A stretch of 64,000 bases of DNA from Acidimicrobiales bacterium (GCA_965116195.1 OZ220491.1:3005432-3069431); one strand, 5' to 3'. Shown: positions 19,288 through 28,553, numbered from the stretch's first letter. Program-made: numbers and translations. The notes: generated from the sequence alone by a model not told the origin.

Positions 19288-20445
19288 ATGAAAACCTTTA
19301 TCGACAGCGAGGAGCAGGATGTCTTCCGCAGCGTCGTTCGTGACTTCGCACAGTGCGAAATCGCTCCAAAAGCTGAGGCTTGGGATCGCGATCACACCTT
19401 CCCTGTCGAGACTGTAAAAGCAATGGGCGATCTCGGATTGTTCGGTCTGATTTTTCCCGAAGAATACGGCGGAGCCGACAGCGATTTGACCACCTTGTGT
19501 ATCGCAATCGAGGAGATCGGGCGTGTTGACCAATCCATGGGGATCACCCTCGAAGCGGCTGTGAGCTTGGGCGCAAAGCCCATATCTGAGTTCGGTACCG
19601 AGGCCCAGAAACAACGGTATCTGCCCGATCTGATCGCTGGACAACGCCTGGCTGGGTTCGGTCTCACCGAACCCGACGGCGGATCAGACGCAGGAGCCAC
19701 GAAGACCACAGCCCACCTCGACACCTCTGGCACCGAACCTGAGTGGGTGATCAACGGAGCCAAGACCTTCATCACCAACTCCGGAACCGACATCACCAGT
19801 CTGGTTACTGTGACGACACGGACCGACATTGGTATCTCTTCGATCATCGTGCCCTCGGGTACTGAGGGGTTCACCGTTGAACCGGCCTATCGCAAGATGG
19901 GCTGGCACGCATCCGATACTCACGGCCTGGTTTTCGATGACTGCCGAGTCCCGGAAGAGAACCTGTTGGGTAGCCCGGGACGTGGGTTCCACCAGTTCCT
20001 GGCAACGCTTGACGACGGCAGAATCGCCATTGCTGCGCTGGCGGTCGGGCTGATTCAGGCCTGCCTTGATGAGTGTACTGCTTATGCAAAACAGCGCAAT
20101 GCCTTTGGTAATCCGATCTCCAGTTACCAAGCCGTCTCCTTCAAGTGCGCAGACATGGCGGTAGCTGCCGAAACAGCACGTCTGGTTACCTACGCGGCGG
20201 CAGCCCGCAAGGATGCCGGTCTTCCCTTCAAGAAGGAAGCAGCCATAGCCAAACTCTACGCAACGGAGGCTGCGGTTGCCGCAACTCGTGAAGCCACACA
20301 GATCTTTGGTGGGTACGGATTCATAGATGAAACCCCTGTTGCGCGCTTTTACCGCGATGCCAAGATCCTCGAAATCGGCGAGGGCACCAGCGAGATCCAA
20401 CGCCTGGTGATCGGACGAGAACTAGGTCTGGGCACAGCCGGTTGA
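19288..20445 (+). CDS. Acyl-CoA dehydrogenase
   Basis: 385 aa from ATG 19288 (AGGAG upstream). GLTEPDGGSDAG and C-terminal EIGEGTSEIQRLVI. Confidence 0.9.
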   Translation: MKTFIDSEEQDVFRSVVRDFAQCEIAPKAEAWDRDHTFPVETVKAMGDLGLFGLIFPEEYGGADSDLTTLCIAIEEIGRVDQSMGITLEAAVSLGAKPISEFGTEAQKQRYLPDLIAGQRLAGFGLTEPDGGSDAGATKTTAHLDTSGTEPEWVINGAKTFITNSGTDITSLVTVTTRTDIGISSIIVPSGTEGFTVEPAYRKMGWHASDTHGLVFDDCRVPEENLLGSPGRGFHQFLATLDDGRIAIAALAVGLIQACLDECTAYAKQRNAFGNPISSYQAVSFKCADMAVAAETARLVTYAAAARKDAGLPFKKEAAIAKLYATEAAVAATREATQIFGGYGFIDETPVARFYRDAKILEIGEGTSEIQRLVIGRELGLGTAG

Positions 20446-20530
20446 GCATTGAACTGAGGCACCCGAAGGAAGCATCCAAGACCTCTGTCCGCCCAAAGGT
20501 GCTCGGCTTTCCGAAGCGGAAGGGTAGACT

Positions 20531-20884
20531 GTGACAGTGGCAAGCGATCTTTCTTTTGGGGCTCTCGCCGACCCCGTCAGGCGTGAAATCCTGGGTATCC
20601 TTGCCGAACGCGGCGAGTGCAGTGCTGGTGCGATTGCCGATGCCATCCAACGAGTGGGTCGTACTTCGGTGTCGATGCACCTGCGGGTGTTGCTTGATGC
20701 CGGCTTCTTGAGTGCTCGTCGAGAAGGCCGGTTCCACTACTTCTCGGTACGCCCGGACGGTGCTGCGCAAGAGGTTATTCGAGTCCTCCAACGGATATTT
20801 GACACCTCGCTCAGCGATCTTGAGGAGCGAAGTACTTCTGTCAACACAGAAGAATCCCACGAACGCGAGTCGGGAGTTGGATAG
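20531..20884 (+). CDS. ArsR/SmtB-family transcriptional regulator
   Basis: 117 aa with a wHTH (LADPVRREILGIL...SVSMHLRVLLDAGFL). The stop overlaps the next GTG start. Confidence 0.85.
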   Translation: MTVASDLSFGALADPVRREILGILAERGECSAGAIADAIQRVGRTSVSMHLRVLLDAGFLSARREGRFHYFSVRPDGAAQEVIRVLQRIFDTSLSDLEERSTSVNTEESHERESGVG

Positions 20885-22326
20885 TGGGCGTGGTCACGAT
20901 CTGGTCGGAACGCCACATCGACTTGGCCCCGGATGTGCTGTTTGCGACATTCGCGCAAGATTCTGAGGCCGGATGGCTTTTTGGTGGAACCTGTGACAAT
21001 GTGGCCACAGGATCCGTCATTACTCTGCATTTGCCCATTGACGGGGCCGAGTGCGTTCCGGTTGAACTTCTCGGACGCATTCGCACCCTCACTCCCCCTT
21101 CACGAATTGAGATAGTCCATCACCAGCCCTGGGAGGGCCGACTCCTGATAAGGCTGGATCGTGATGTCCAGGGTGGGACAAGGGTCCGACTCATCGGCGA
21201 GGTTGACGAGAGCAGTCTTGAGTGGCTGATGCGTCGACGTGGCTACCCGTTCGTTGAAGCTGACGCAGCTGAGTTTCGCGTGGGTTTGCTCACCAGCAAG
21301 TCAGGTCCTGCAAGTGTGTTCGCCGAGGCGACGGAGTATGTCGCCAGGATGGCTGTGGAGGAAATCAACCAGGCAGGAGGGATCCGGGAGCAGCTGATGC
21401 AGATCGTTGTCGGTGACGATGCCACCGACCCTGTTGTCGGCGCGTGTGAGGCTCAACGACTCGCACACAGCGGATGCAGTGCAATCCTCGTCACAACGAC
21501 ATCAGCCACCTTCACCCATGCCGCGCGCCAGCTCAGAGGCAGCGGAGTGCCACTCATTCACACGCCGATGAACGAGGGTGGCAGCGGCGAGAGCGACTGC
21601 ATCCAACTTGGTGAGCGTCCTGCTGCGCAACTGCTGGCAGCCGGTCCGATGATGCAGAGGACCGGGTCTCGCCGGTGGTATCTCGCCGGAAACGACTACA
21701 TATGGCCGAGATCTGTACACCAGGCGGCTCGCGGGATACTCCCGGATCACTGCGGCGAGATTGTGGGTGAGGCGTACGCCCCGCTCGGAACACGGGACTT
21801 TTCCGCCATCGTGGACAAGATCAAGGTGTCTGGAGCAGACACGATTCTCTCGTCTTTTGTGGGGGCTGATCTGGTCGCTTTTGAGCGGCAGTGCTTTGAG
21901 GCCGGTTTGCGGAACCGCTGCCGATCCCTCGCTCTTGCCCTTGACGAGCCGACCCGAGAACGAATCGGGGACACTGCAGCCCTCGGTACGGTCGGCATAG
22001 CGCGCTTCTTCCCGGAGGACGGGACTTCCGCAAACGCAGACTTCGCCGAACGGTATCGAAACCGCTTCGGCGACTTCGCCCCCTCATTGTCCAGTATCTC
22101 TCACTCGGTCTACGAAGCGATCTATCTTGTGGCACGCGCAGCCCGAGCCGAGCATGAATGCGACACGGCCCACCTCTTGAGGTCTATACGCACGGAACTG
22201 GCAACCACACCAACTCGCACGCTGCGGCCCGAATGCCCGCAGCCGGGCGAGATGCATCGTGAGTTGTACCTGGCCGAGTCAGCAGTAGGCGGGTTTGACG
22301 TTACCCGGGTCGCTGCCGCCGGCTGA
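20884..22326 (+). CDS. SRPBCC (Aha1-like) domain fused to a signal-less AmiC/LivK-type ligand-binding domain
   Basis: 480 aa. The N-terminal ~130 aa follow the usual ArsR-partner SRPBCC pattern. The remainder reads VGLLTSKSGPASVF...AVEEINQAGGI..., a Peripla_BP_6-like fold, with no signal peptide. Confidence 0.7.
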   Translation: MGVVTIWSERHIDLAPDVLFATFAQDSEAGWLFGGTCDNVATGSVITLHLPIDGAECVPVELLGRIRTLTPPSRIEIVHHQPWEGRLLIRLDRDVQGGTRVRLIGEVDESSLEWLMRRRGYPFVEADAAEFRVGLLTSKSGPASVFAEATEYVARMAVEEINQAGGIREQLMQIVVGDDATDPVVGACEAQRLAHSGCSAILVTTTSATFTHAARQLRGSGVPLIHTPMNEGGSGESDCIQLGERPAAQLLAAGPMMQRTGSRRWYLAGNDYIWPRSVHQAARGILPDHCGEIVGEAYAPLGTRDFSAIVDKIKVSGADTILSSFVGADLVAFERQCFEAGLRNRCRSLALALDEPTRERIGDTAALGTVGIARFFPEDGTSANADFAERYRNRFGDFAPSLSSISHSVYEAIYLVARAARAEHECDTAHLLRSIRTELATTPTRTLRPECPQPGEMHRELYLAESAVGGFDVTRVAAAG

Positions 22327-22338
22327 ACGAAGCAACCA

Positions 22339-22636
22339 GTAGCATCCTTGGCCGGGTGGCGGCATCCCGGGTCGGTTCCATCAATCGAAACGACCCGGTG
22401 CGAAAACGGGCAGCATCCCGGTTCGGGTAGCAGCATCACGCGCGGACACGGACACAACCGCCTGGACAGAGCAGCATCCCGGTCGGGTGGGCAGCATCCC
22501 TGGCCGGGGGTCGCGGGTTGACAGTCGCGTCGGCTCACCGTGGCCCCAATGGTGGGCGAGCTGGCTGAAGCGGTCCAGCACGCCGCCCACGCCGAAGGTC
22601 GCGTCGGCTCACCGTGGCCCCAATGGTGGGCGAGCT
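22339..22636. repeat. Intergenic repeat cluster: six gcagcatcccgg-type motifs plus a 39-bp direct repeat (22524-22562, 22598-22636)
   Basis: Read directly. The 39-mer gtcgcgtcggctcaccgtggccccaatggtgggcgagct occurs twice at 74-bp spacing. Confidence 0.8.
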
Positions 22637-22671
22637 CCGTTGGTGGTAGCCGTGGGTTCATCATGTAAGCG

Positions 22672-24027
22672 TTGATTGACGCATTGGTGCGAAAGGGCTA
22701 CATTGAACATATGTCAAGTGTCGTTGACATATGGGGTCGGCTTCAAGGTGGAGCCGAAACCGGCTCGGTTGTGGTCCACCACGCATCGCCAGCCGCAGTC
22801 GCACAAGAAGCTGCAGGTCACCTGCACGCGGTCACCGGCTGTGATTTGGTTGCGGTGGGGGTCGTTGAAGATCCACCGGTTCTTGTCCTTCGCGGCGTTG
22901 CCGGGGCGCGTACTCCCCAACTGCGCAATCTCACCATCCTGCCTGGACAGGGGTTGGCCGGCCTGGTTCTGCGAGACAACAAGATCATTGAGGCGAACTG
23001 TCACCACGACTACGAAGACGGCTACTACTCCTGTGACCACGACGACGGATACGACCAAGACCACGACGACGGCTACTACTCCTGTGACTCTTGCAGCCAC
23101 GACGACCACGACTTCCTGACCGACTCGGGGCTTGGTGGCCAGCTCAAGCGCATCGCTGCCGCAGAAGACATCAACGCAATGGTGGGCATGCCCGTGAGCC
23201 ATCATGGGCAGGTCATCGGAGTGCTGGTTGGTGCATGCCGACGCAGCGGGCCTCCCGGCGGGCAGTGTACCACTGACCGAACCACTGATGGCCCGCATGA
23301 GCGTCGTCGGACTTTCCGGTGGGCAGTGCGCCACTGTTTGCTGCCATTCGCCGAGGCGTTGTCCGAACGGCTCGCCAGATCTCTGAGGCAAACCCGCACG
23401 ATCCGTGCTCAGCGTGACTGTCAACGCGAGCCCGTTGCCGACCGACTCCTCGAAGAGGTGGGCCGCCGCCTGAGCCTCGTCAAAGCCGCAGCAGTCCAAC
23501 TTGAAAACAGTGCCACAGCCGAGATCGCGTCGCTCGGGGTCTTGCTGGCACAGGACTCACAAAGAGCGCAACATGGTCTCAACAACATTCTGGGTGTCGC
23601 CTGCCGTCAGGAGCGTCACGAGAGAATTGAGCAGGCGATCAACGGTCTTGTCAATGATCTCGGTCGCCGATCCGGTCTTGACACACGATTCGTGATTGAA
23701 GGACAACCCAGACAGCTCAGGTTCGAGGTTCAGGCTGCGATCATCGGTTCGGTTCGTGAGGCGCACGTCAACATTGAGGCGCACGCCCAGGCGACACGGG
23801 TGGAGACGGGCCTTGTCTTCGGTCCCGACACGGTGATGCTCTTTGTCGGTGACAACGGGCTGGGTTCGTCCGTGCGAAACGTCTCATCAATCCCGACCGG
23901 GTGCCATTGTTGGGGGCTGGCATCAGTCCAGACGCGTATTGAACGTCTGGGCGGCCAGTTCTGGATCAACACCGATGCCACCGGCACGCTCATACGTGCC
24001 TTGATACCAACCAAAGCAGTCCTGTGA
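22672..24027 (+). CDS. GAF-domain NarL-type sensor kinase-like protein lacking the phospho-acceptor His (start TTG 22672 or ATG 22711)
   Basis: The DHp helix reads QREPVADRLLEEVGRRL where HisKA_3 proteins have ..IAREIHDxVGQxL (His replaced by Leu). The ATPase boxes look intact (EAHVNIEAHAQA, VGDNGLG, WGLASVQTRIERLGG). Confidence 0.75.
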   Translation: MIDALVRKGYIEHMSSVVDIWGRLQGGAETGSVVVHHASPAAVAQEAAGHLHAVTGCDLVAVGVVEDPPVLVLRGVAGARTPQLRNLTILPGQGLAGLVLRDNKIIEANCHHDYEDGYYSCDHDDGYDQDHDDGYYSCDSCSHDDHDFLTDSGLGGQLKRIAAAEDINAMVGMPVSHHGQVIGVLVGACRRSGPPGGQCTTDRTTDGPHERRRTFRWAVRHCLLPFAEALSERLARSLRQTRTIRAQRDCQREPVADRLLEEVGRRLSLVKAAAVQLENSATAEIASLGVLLAQDSQRAQHGLNNILGVACRQERHERIEQAINGLVNDLGRRSGLDTRFVIEGQPRQLRFEVQAAIIGSVREAHVNIEAHAQATRVETGLVFGPDTVMLFVGDNGLGSSVRNVSSIPTGCHCWGLASVQTRIERLGGQFWINTDATGTLIRALIPTKAVL

Positions 24028-24662
24028 GTGCCGCCGCATCCACTGTGCTGGTTGTGGATGACCACCCGATTGTGGTTGACGGGATTCGTTATCTTCTGCA
24101 AAGTGAACCCGACTTTGCAATAGTGGGGTCTGCGGCGAACCGCTCTGAAGCCCTCGCTGCTGTGGAGCGACTGCAACCAGACCTGGTTGTTTTGGATCTG
24201 CGGCTGGATGGCGATTTCGACCCGCTTCTCTCGCGGTCAATCATGCGACTGGCACCTCGAACTCACATCGTTGTTCATACCGCTTATGGTGACCCCGAAC
24301 CGCTTCGGGCAAGTATTTCAGGAGGTGTTTATGCCGTGGTTCCAAAGGACTCCTCTGCTTTGATACCGGCCTTGCGAAGCGCCCTTGGTGGTGAACGAAC
24401 GACGGAAACCGAATATGCTCTGTCGTTCCGGACTCCAGCTTTTCGCCATGATGGGAAGGCGGGTACCTACGAATCGCTGACTCCACGCGAATACGAAATC
24501 CTCTGTGTGATATCCCAGGGCCGAACCAGCGCGCAGATTGCCAGGGAGCTGCACTTGGCGACCAATACCGTACGGAGTTACACCCAGACTCTTCTGAGAA
24601 AACTCCATGCTCACAATCGGATTGAGGCGGTTGCGACTGCGCGTAGGCTGCGCATTCTGTGA
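24024..24662 (+). CDS. NarL/LuxR-family response regulator
   Basis: Receiver domain (VVDDH, VVLDLRL, PKD) plus a LuxR HTH (LTPREYEILCVISQGRTSAQIARELHLATNTVRSY). The GTG start overlaps the upstream stop. Confidence 0.9.
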   Translation: MSAAASTVLVVDDHPIVVDGIRYLLQSEPDFAIVGSAANRSEALAAVERLQPDLVVLDLRLDGDFDPLLSRSIMRLAPRTHIVVHTAYGDPEPLRASISGGVYAVVPKDSSALIPALRSALGGERTTETEYALSFRTPAFRHDGKAGTYESLTPREYEILCVISQGRTSAQIARELHLATNTVRSYTQTLLRKLHAHNRIEAVATARRLRIL

Positions 24663-24673
24663 GTGGGCCATGA

Positions 24674-24745
24674 TCCTCGACCGGACGCAATCTCTCGACT
24701 GGGCACAACCTCTCGACCGGGTACAACCTCTCGACCGGGCACAGC
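24674..24745. repeat. Four tandem 18-bp repeats (ctctcgaccgggcacaac consensus)
   Basis: Copies at 24674, 24692, 24710 and 24728. The array starts 12 nt after the response-regulator stop and ends ~40 nt before the next ATG. Confidence 0.9.
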
Positions 24746-24783
24746 CTTGGGCCGGTTGTGAGGGTGTGAATGAAGTGGATCAA

Positions 24784-25377
24784 ATGGATGAAGCAATATC
24801 AGTGGCTTTGGCTGCGCATCGGTATCACCTCGGGATTGATTTGCATGACGACGTTGCCCAAGTGTTGTTCCGACTCGGTGTGCTGGCACGACAACTCAGC
24901 AAGATGGTAGAAGTCCGTCCCGAACACGTGTCTGTATGTGCCGACATAAATCGTGAAATATCTGAGGCAACAAAGTGTCTCCGTCAGATTATTGCGGCAC
25001 TCTCGCCAGTGGATAATCCGTTTGCGGTGGCTTTGTTTCACGAGTTGGAGGTCTTTGAGGAGCGCTCCGGCATAAGGGTTCAGGTACAGATAGGTGAGAT
25101 TGCTGTGTCACGTGGTCTGCTTGACGAGGGGCTGAGGGTCATACGCAAAGGGTTGGCTTTGCTTCGCGACGTGGAGCAGACATACCTGGTTCGAGTAGCG
25201 GCGTGGTCTGACCATGGGAAGTTGATTCTGACGATGGAAACGGACAGTATATTTCCAAAGATGGTGTCGTTGGAGTCAGTCGTTGATGAGACCGTCACAG
25301 TCCTTGTCTGCCCTGTTCAGGTTGGTACCGGCTTCGCTCGACTCAGAGTCAGACTATCGACAACGTCCCCACTCTGA
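24784..25377 (+). CDS. HisKA_3 H-box protein with a degenerate ATPase domain (pseudokinase or phosphotransfer partner)
   Basis: 197 aa. Canonical H-box HRYHLGIDLHDDVAQVLF. The N-box position reads KGLALLRDVEQT (no Asn or HA), the G1 position reads METDS, and there is no G2 box. Confidence 0.65.
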   Translation: MDEAISVALAAHRYHLGIDLHDDVAQVLFRLGVLARQLSKMVEVRPEHVSVCADINREISEATKCLRQIIAALSPVDNPFAVALFHELEVFEERSGIRVQVQIGEIAVSRGLLDEGLRVIRKGLALLRDVEQTYLVRVAAWSDHGKLILTMETDSIFPKMVSLESVVDETVTVLVCPVQVGTGFARLRVRLSTTSPL

Positions 25378-25558
25378 AGCAGCACATATCCACCATGCGC
25401 TCTGGGCCGTGCGCTCATGGTCAACATATGGCAACTTGACCTTCAGAAAAACTCCTTGTCAAGCATGCCCGCTGCTCTGGTGGAAGGCACGGGGATTGTC
25501 ACGGTGGACGCTGTAGCCGAATCCGAACGCGACTCCGAACGCGAGGAAACCACCTAAG

Positions 25559-26626
25559 GTGGGTCTTGTGGGCAGCACCGAGGGATTCGTTGAGGCTGTC
25601 CTGGCGGCACCGCTCGGTGTTGCGCTGCTTGCCAGGTTGGAGGCAGAGGCGACACGTCCCGAGGGCTATTCACGGATCAGCGGCACCTCTCCGAGTCGGG
25701 TCAAGGCGGCAGTGGCGTTTGTGGAGGAGATGTCGTTCGGCGATTTTGTGAAGGTTGCAGTCCATACGGGTTATATGGATGTCGGACCGTGGATCAGCGA
25801 TGCTCCTCAAACGGCGGCTCTGGCGTACCGTGACGCCTTGGCGCGCACACCGATTGCTGTGGCGATCAGTGATCGTTTCGGCGAGGCACTACACAGCAGA
25901 CTCAATGGCGACGCTCAGCAGTGGTGGGTTACCAGCGGTCCGTGGAACTACACATTGGCACCACTGTTTCAGAAGTTTGAGCACGTGTACGAGCCCGGGC
26001 AGTTCACCTGGGCGGGTCTGTGGACGGTCAGCGATCCGCCGATGGTCACCCACGCTGACTTGGTGTCGGCTTGGGAAATGTACGACGGGCCGATCACCTC
26101 TTGGCGGCTGCGATCAAAGCCCGATGCCCGCGTGTTTGAAATCAACCGGCCCGACGACTGGGTTCAGCTGGTTGCTGCCCACCCACGACAGGCTGGCCCC
26201 AATACGGAGTGCTGGGAACTTCCGGGCATCAATCAGAACCCTGCAAAATTGTCGGCGCTTTTGGGTATTGGTCATCAGAGAGCGACGCGCACCGCCGTTC
26301 GGTTTCACATGGTGCCGGACTGGCGCTCCGTGGCCGAAGCGTATGATGGCGTACACCTCACCTGGGCGGGGTTCATCACCTCTGAGGGATGTATTACCGA
26401 TCTGGGTAACCAAGATGTGGCGATGCTGCGGTACTGGTCCAGCGAGAGGACACTCTGGCTTGCCGATGTGTTCGCCGAGCCAGAACCGATGTCGCCACCG
26501 TTCCTCTGTGACGAGACGCTCCCCGACGGAAGCCCCTCAACGTTGAGTGTTGACCAGATTGCTCAGCGCCAAAGGCGAGACAGGACTTTTCTCCACGAAC
26601 TCCTCGGGCGCGGTCAGGTTTCGTAG
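25559..26626 (+). CDS. Hypothetical protein (355 aa)
   Basis: Long open frame with backbone-like composition. I recognise no motif. Confidence 0.6.
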   Translation: MGLVGSTEGFVEAVLAAPLGVALLARLEAEATRPEGYSRISGTSPSRVKAAVAFVEEMSFGDFVKVAVHTGYMDVGPWISDAPQTAALAYRDALARTPIAVAISDRFGEALHSRLNGDAQQWWVTSGPWNYTLAPLFQKFEHVYEPGQFTWAGLWTVSDPPMVTHADLVSAWEMYDGPITSWRLRSKPDARVFEINRPDDWVQLVAAHPRQAGPNTECWELPGINQNPAKLSALLGIGHQRATRTAVRFHMVPDWRSVAEAYDGVHLTWAGFITSEGCITDLGNQDVAMLRYWSSERTLWLADVFAEPEPMSPPFLCDETLPDGSPSTLSVDQIAQRQRRDRTFLHELLGRGQVS

Positions 26627-26661
26627 TTGCCCGGGCCGTCTGCTTGGATTGTGCAGGTGGC

Positions 26662-26874
26662 TCAGGTTTCGGGATAGCCGATTTCAGCTTCTTTGCGTGA
26701 CAGTTCCAGGTACTCGTTGGGCTCGTCGTCGGTGTGGTTGTCAGCGTCGGAGTTGCGTTTGAGTGAACTTCCCAGCACGGCAGCCAGGATGCCGCTGCCG
26801 AGCATGACCAGCACCGGGAACACGATCACCAGCACTATCACCATCACTATCGCTCCGGCCACGACCTCCAGCAT
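26662..26874 (-). CDS. Small membrane protein (70 aa), hypothetical
   Basis: MLEVVAGAIVMVIVLVIVFPVLVMLGSGILAAVLG forms one or two TM helices, followed by an acidic tail. Start chosen at ATG 26874. Confidence 0.4.
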   Translation of the reverse strand: MLEVVAGAIVMVIVLVIVFPVLVMLGSGILAAVLGSSLKRNSDADNHTDDEPNEYLELSRKEAEIGYPET

Positions 26875-26966
26875 AGTCGCCCAGCATGGAACGGGTTGCA
26901 CCTCGTGGTACACGACTGCTGACCTGCGGAGGCTCAGATAGTCGCCCAGCATGGAACGGGTTGCAC
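26873..26966. repeat. 29-bp direct repeat (26873-26901, 26938-26966) that includes the start region of the small membrane-protein gene
   Basis: atagtcgcccagcatggaacgggttgcac occurs twice at 65-bp spacing. Confidence 0.85.
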
Positions 26967-27013
26967 GTTGTTGTCACGTTCTCGTTGATGCTTGCGGATC
27001 GTTGCTTCGCCGT

Positions 27014-27100
27014 CGCTCAACTTGGTGTACACGCTCAACTTGATGTCCCGCTCAACTTGATGTACACGCTCAACTTGATGTACACGCTCAACTTGATGTA
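27014..27100. repeat. Five tandem ~18-bp repeats (cgctcaacttgatgtaca)
   Basis: Copies at 27014, 27032, 27049, 27067 and 27085. Confidence 0.9.
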
Positions 27101-27178
27101 AGCCAGCAGGCCGGTCTGTCGGTGTCTTTGTGAGCCAGCGCTTGGCACCTTGCGCACGCAGTGGTTCGGTTGGTTCGC

Positions 27179-28513
27179 CTAGCCGTCCAGGTCGAGCATT
27201 CGCAGGGCGTTACCTCGCACGATCTTGTGGATGGTCTTGTCGTTGAGATCAGCAAACATCTCCTCGGCTACTGCCAGGGTGTGGGGCCAGGTGGAGTCGG
27301 TGTGGGGATAGTCGGTCTCGAAGGTGACGTTGTCCACCCCCACCTCGTCCAGGCTGGCCAGTCCGTGTCGGTCACGGAAGAAGCAGCCGAAGCCGTGGCG
27401 GTACCAGTACGTTGACGGAGGTTCGGGCACCAGACGCTTGGTGTCGGCCCAGGCCCGGTGTTCCTCCCAGACGGTGTCGGCGCGCTCCAACACATAGGGG
27501 AGCCAACCGATCTGCCCCTCGCTGTAGGCAATCTTCAAGTCGGGATGATGTGGCAGGATGCCCGAGAACAACCAATCCGACAGCGAGGCCATGGCGTTGT
27601 TGAAGCTGAGCGTGGCGGCCACGCCGGTGGGGGCGTCAGCCGAGGTGGCCGGCATTTTTGAACTTGAGCCGATATGCATGCAGATCACGGTGCCGGTTTC
27701 CTCGCAAGCCGTGATGAACGGCTCGTAGAAGCCGGTGTGGATTGACGGCAGGCCGAGATGGGGTGGTATCTCGCTGAAGCACACGGCCCGACAGCCACGC
27801 TCAGCGTTACGGCGCACCTCGGCCGCGGCCAACTCCGCATCCCACAGCGGGATGATGATGAGCGGCACCAGCACACCTCCGGACTGCGCGCACCACTCCT
27901 GCACCATCCAGTCGTTGTAGGCCCGGATGCAGGCAAGGCCCAGTTCCTTGTCCTTGCCCTCATAAAAGGTCTGACCACAGAACCTGGGAAAGGTCGGAAA
28001 GCTGAGAGATCGGTCAACATGATTTGCAAGCATGTCAGCGGCCCGAGCCCGGGGTTCATGACAGCCGGGACGCATCTCGTCGTAGGTGATGGGAGCGAGG
28101 GTCATGTCGTCACGGTCAAAGCCGACAGCCGCCACATGGCGTTTGTGCGGGTACATGCCGTCCTCGTAAAACCAGATGTCACACCAGTCGCCTGACCCGT
28201 CGGTCGGGTCAAGGGCATATTCATAGCTGGTGCCGCCGGTGTAACGCAGTTCGCCCAGGCGGTGACGCTCGATTCTGGGACCGGAAGGTCGGTACTTGGC
28301 TGGCAGCCACTCCTGCCATACGTGGGCAGGCTCCACCACATGGTCATCAACGCTCACGATCATCGGAATGCGCGAGGTAGCAGTGCTGGCAGGCGTACCT
28401 GTGAGCGTGTCCAAGTCGCTGCGGGTGCTTTCGTTGTCACCTGGCAGGCCCGATGAACTCAAACCCCACGTCCGATCGTCGCTGCGGGTGCTGTCGTTGA
28501 CACTTCTGGTCAT
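27179..28513 (-). CDS. Amidohydrolase-2 (ACMSD-like) family metal-dependent hydrolase
   Basis: 444 aa from ATG 28513. VSVDDHVVEP near the N-terminus and TETDYPHTDSTWP near the C-terminus. The longer ORF extension is made of 16-bp repeats. Confidence 0.8.
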   Translation of the reverse strand: MTRSVNDSTRSDDRTWGLSSSGLPGDNESTRSDLDTLTGTPASTATSRIPMIVSVDDHVVEPAHVWQEWLPAKYRPSGPRIERHRLGELRYTGGTSYEYALDPTDGSGDWCDIWFYEDGMYPHKRHVAAVGFDRDDMTLAPITYDEMRPGCHEPRARAADMLANHVDRSLSFPTFPRFCGQTFYEGKDKELGLACIRAYNDWMVQEWCAQSGGVLVPLIIIPLWDAELAAAEVRRNAERGCRAVCFSEIPPHLGLPSIHTGFYEPFITACEETGTVICMHIGSSSKMPATSADAPTGVAATLSFNNAMASLSDWLFSGILPHHPDLKIAYSEGQIGWLPYVLERADTVWEEHRAWADTKRLVPEPPSTYWYRHGFGCFFRDRHGLASLDEVGVDNVTFETDYPHTDSTWPHTLAVAEEMFADLNDKTIHKIVRGNALRMLDLDG

Positions 28514-28553
28514 GTGATCATGTTCTTTCTGCGGCCATCGCCGTGTGCGGGAC

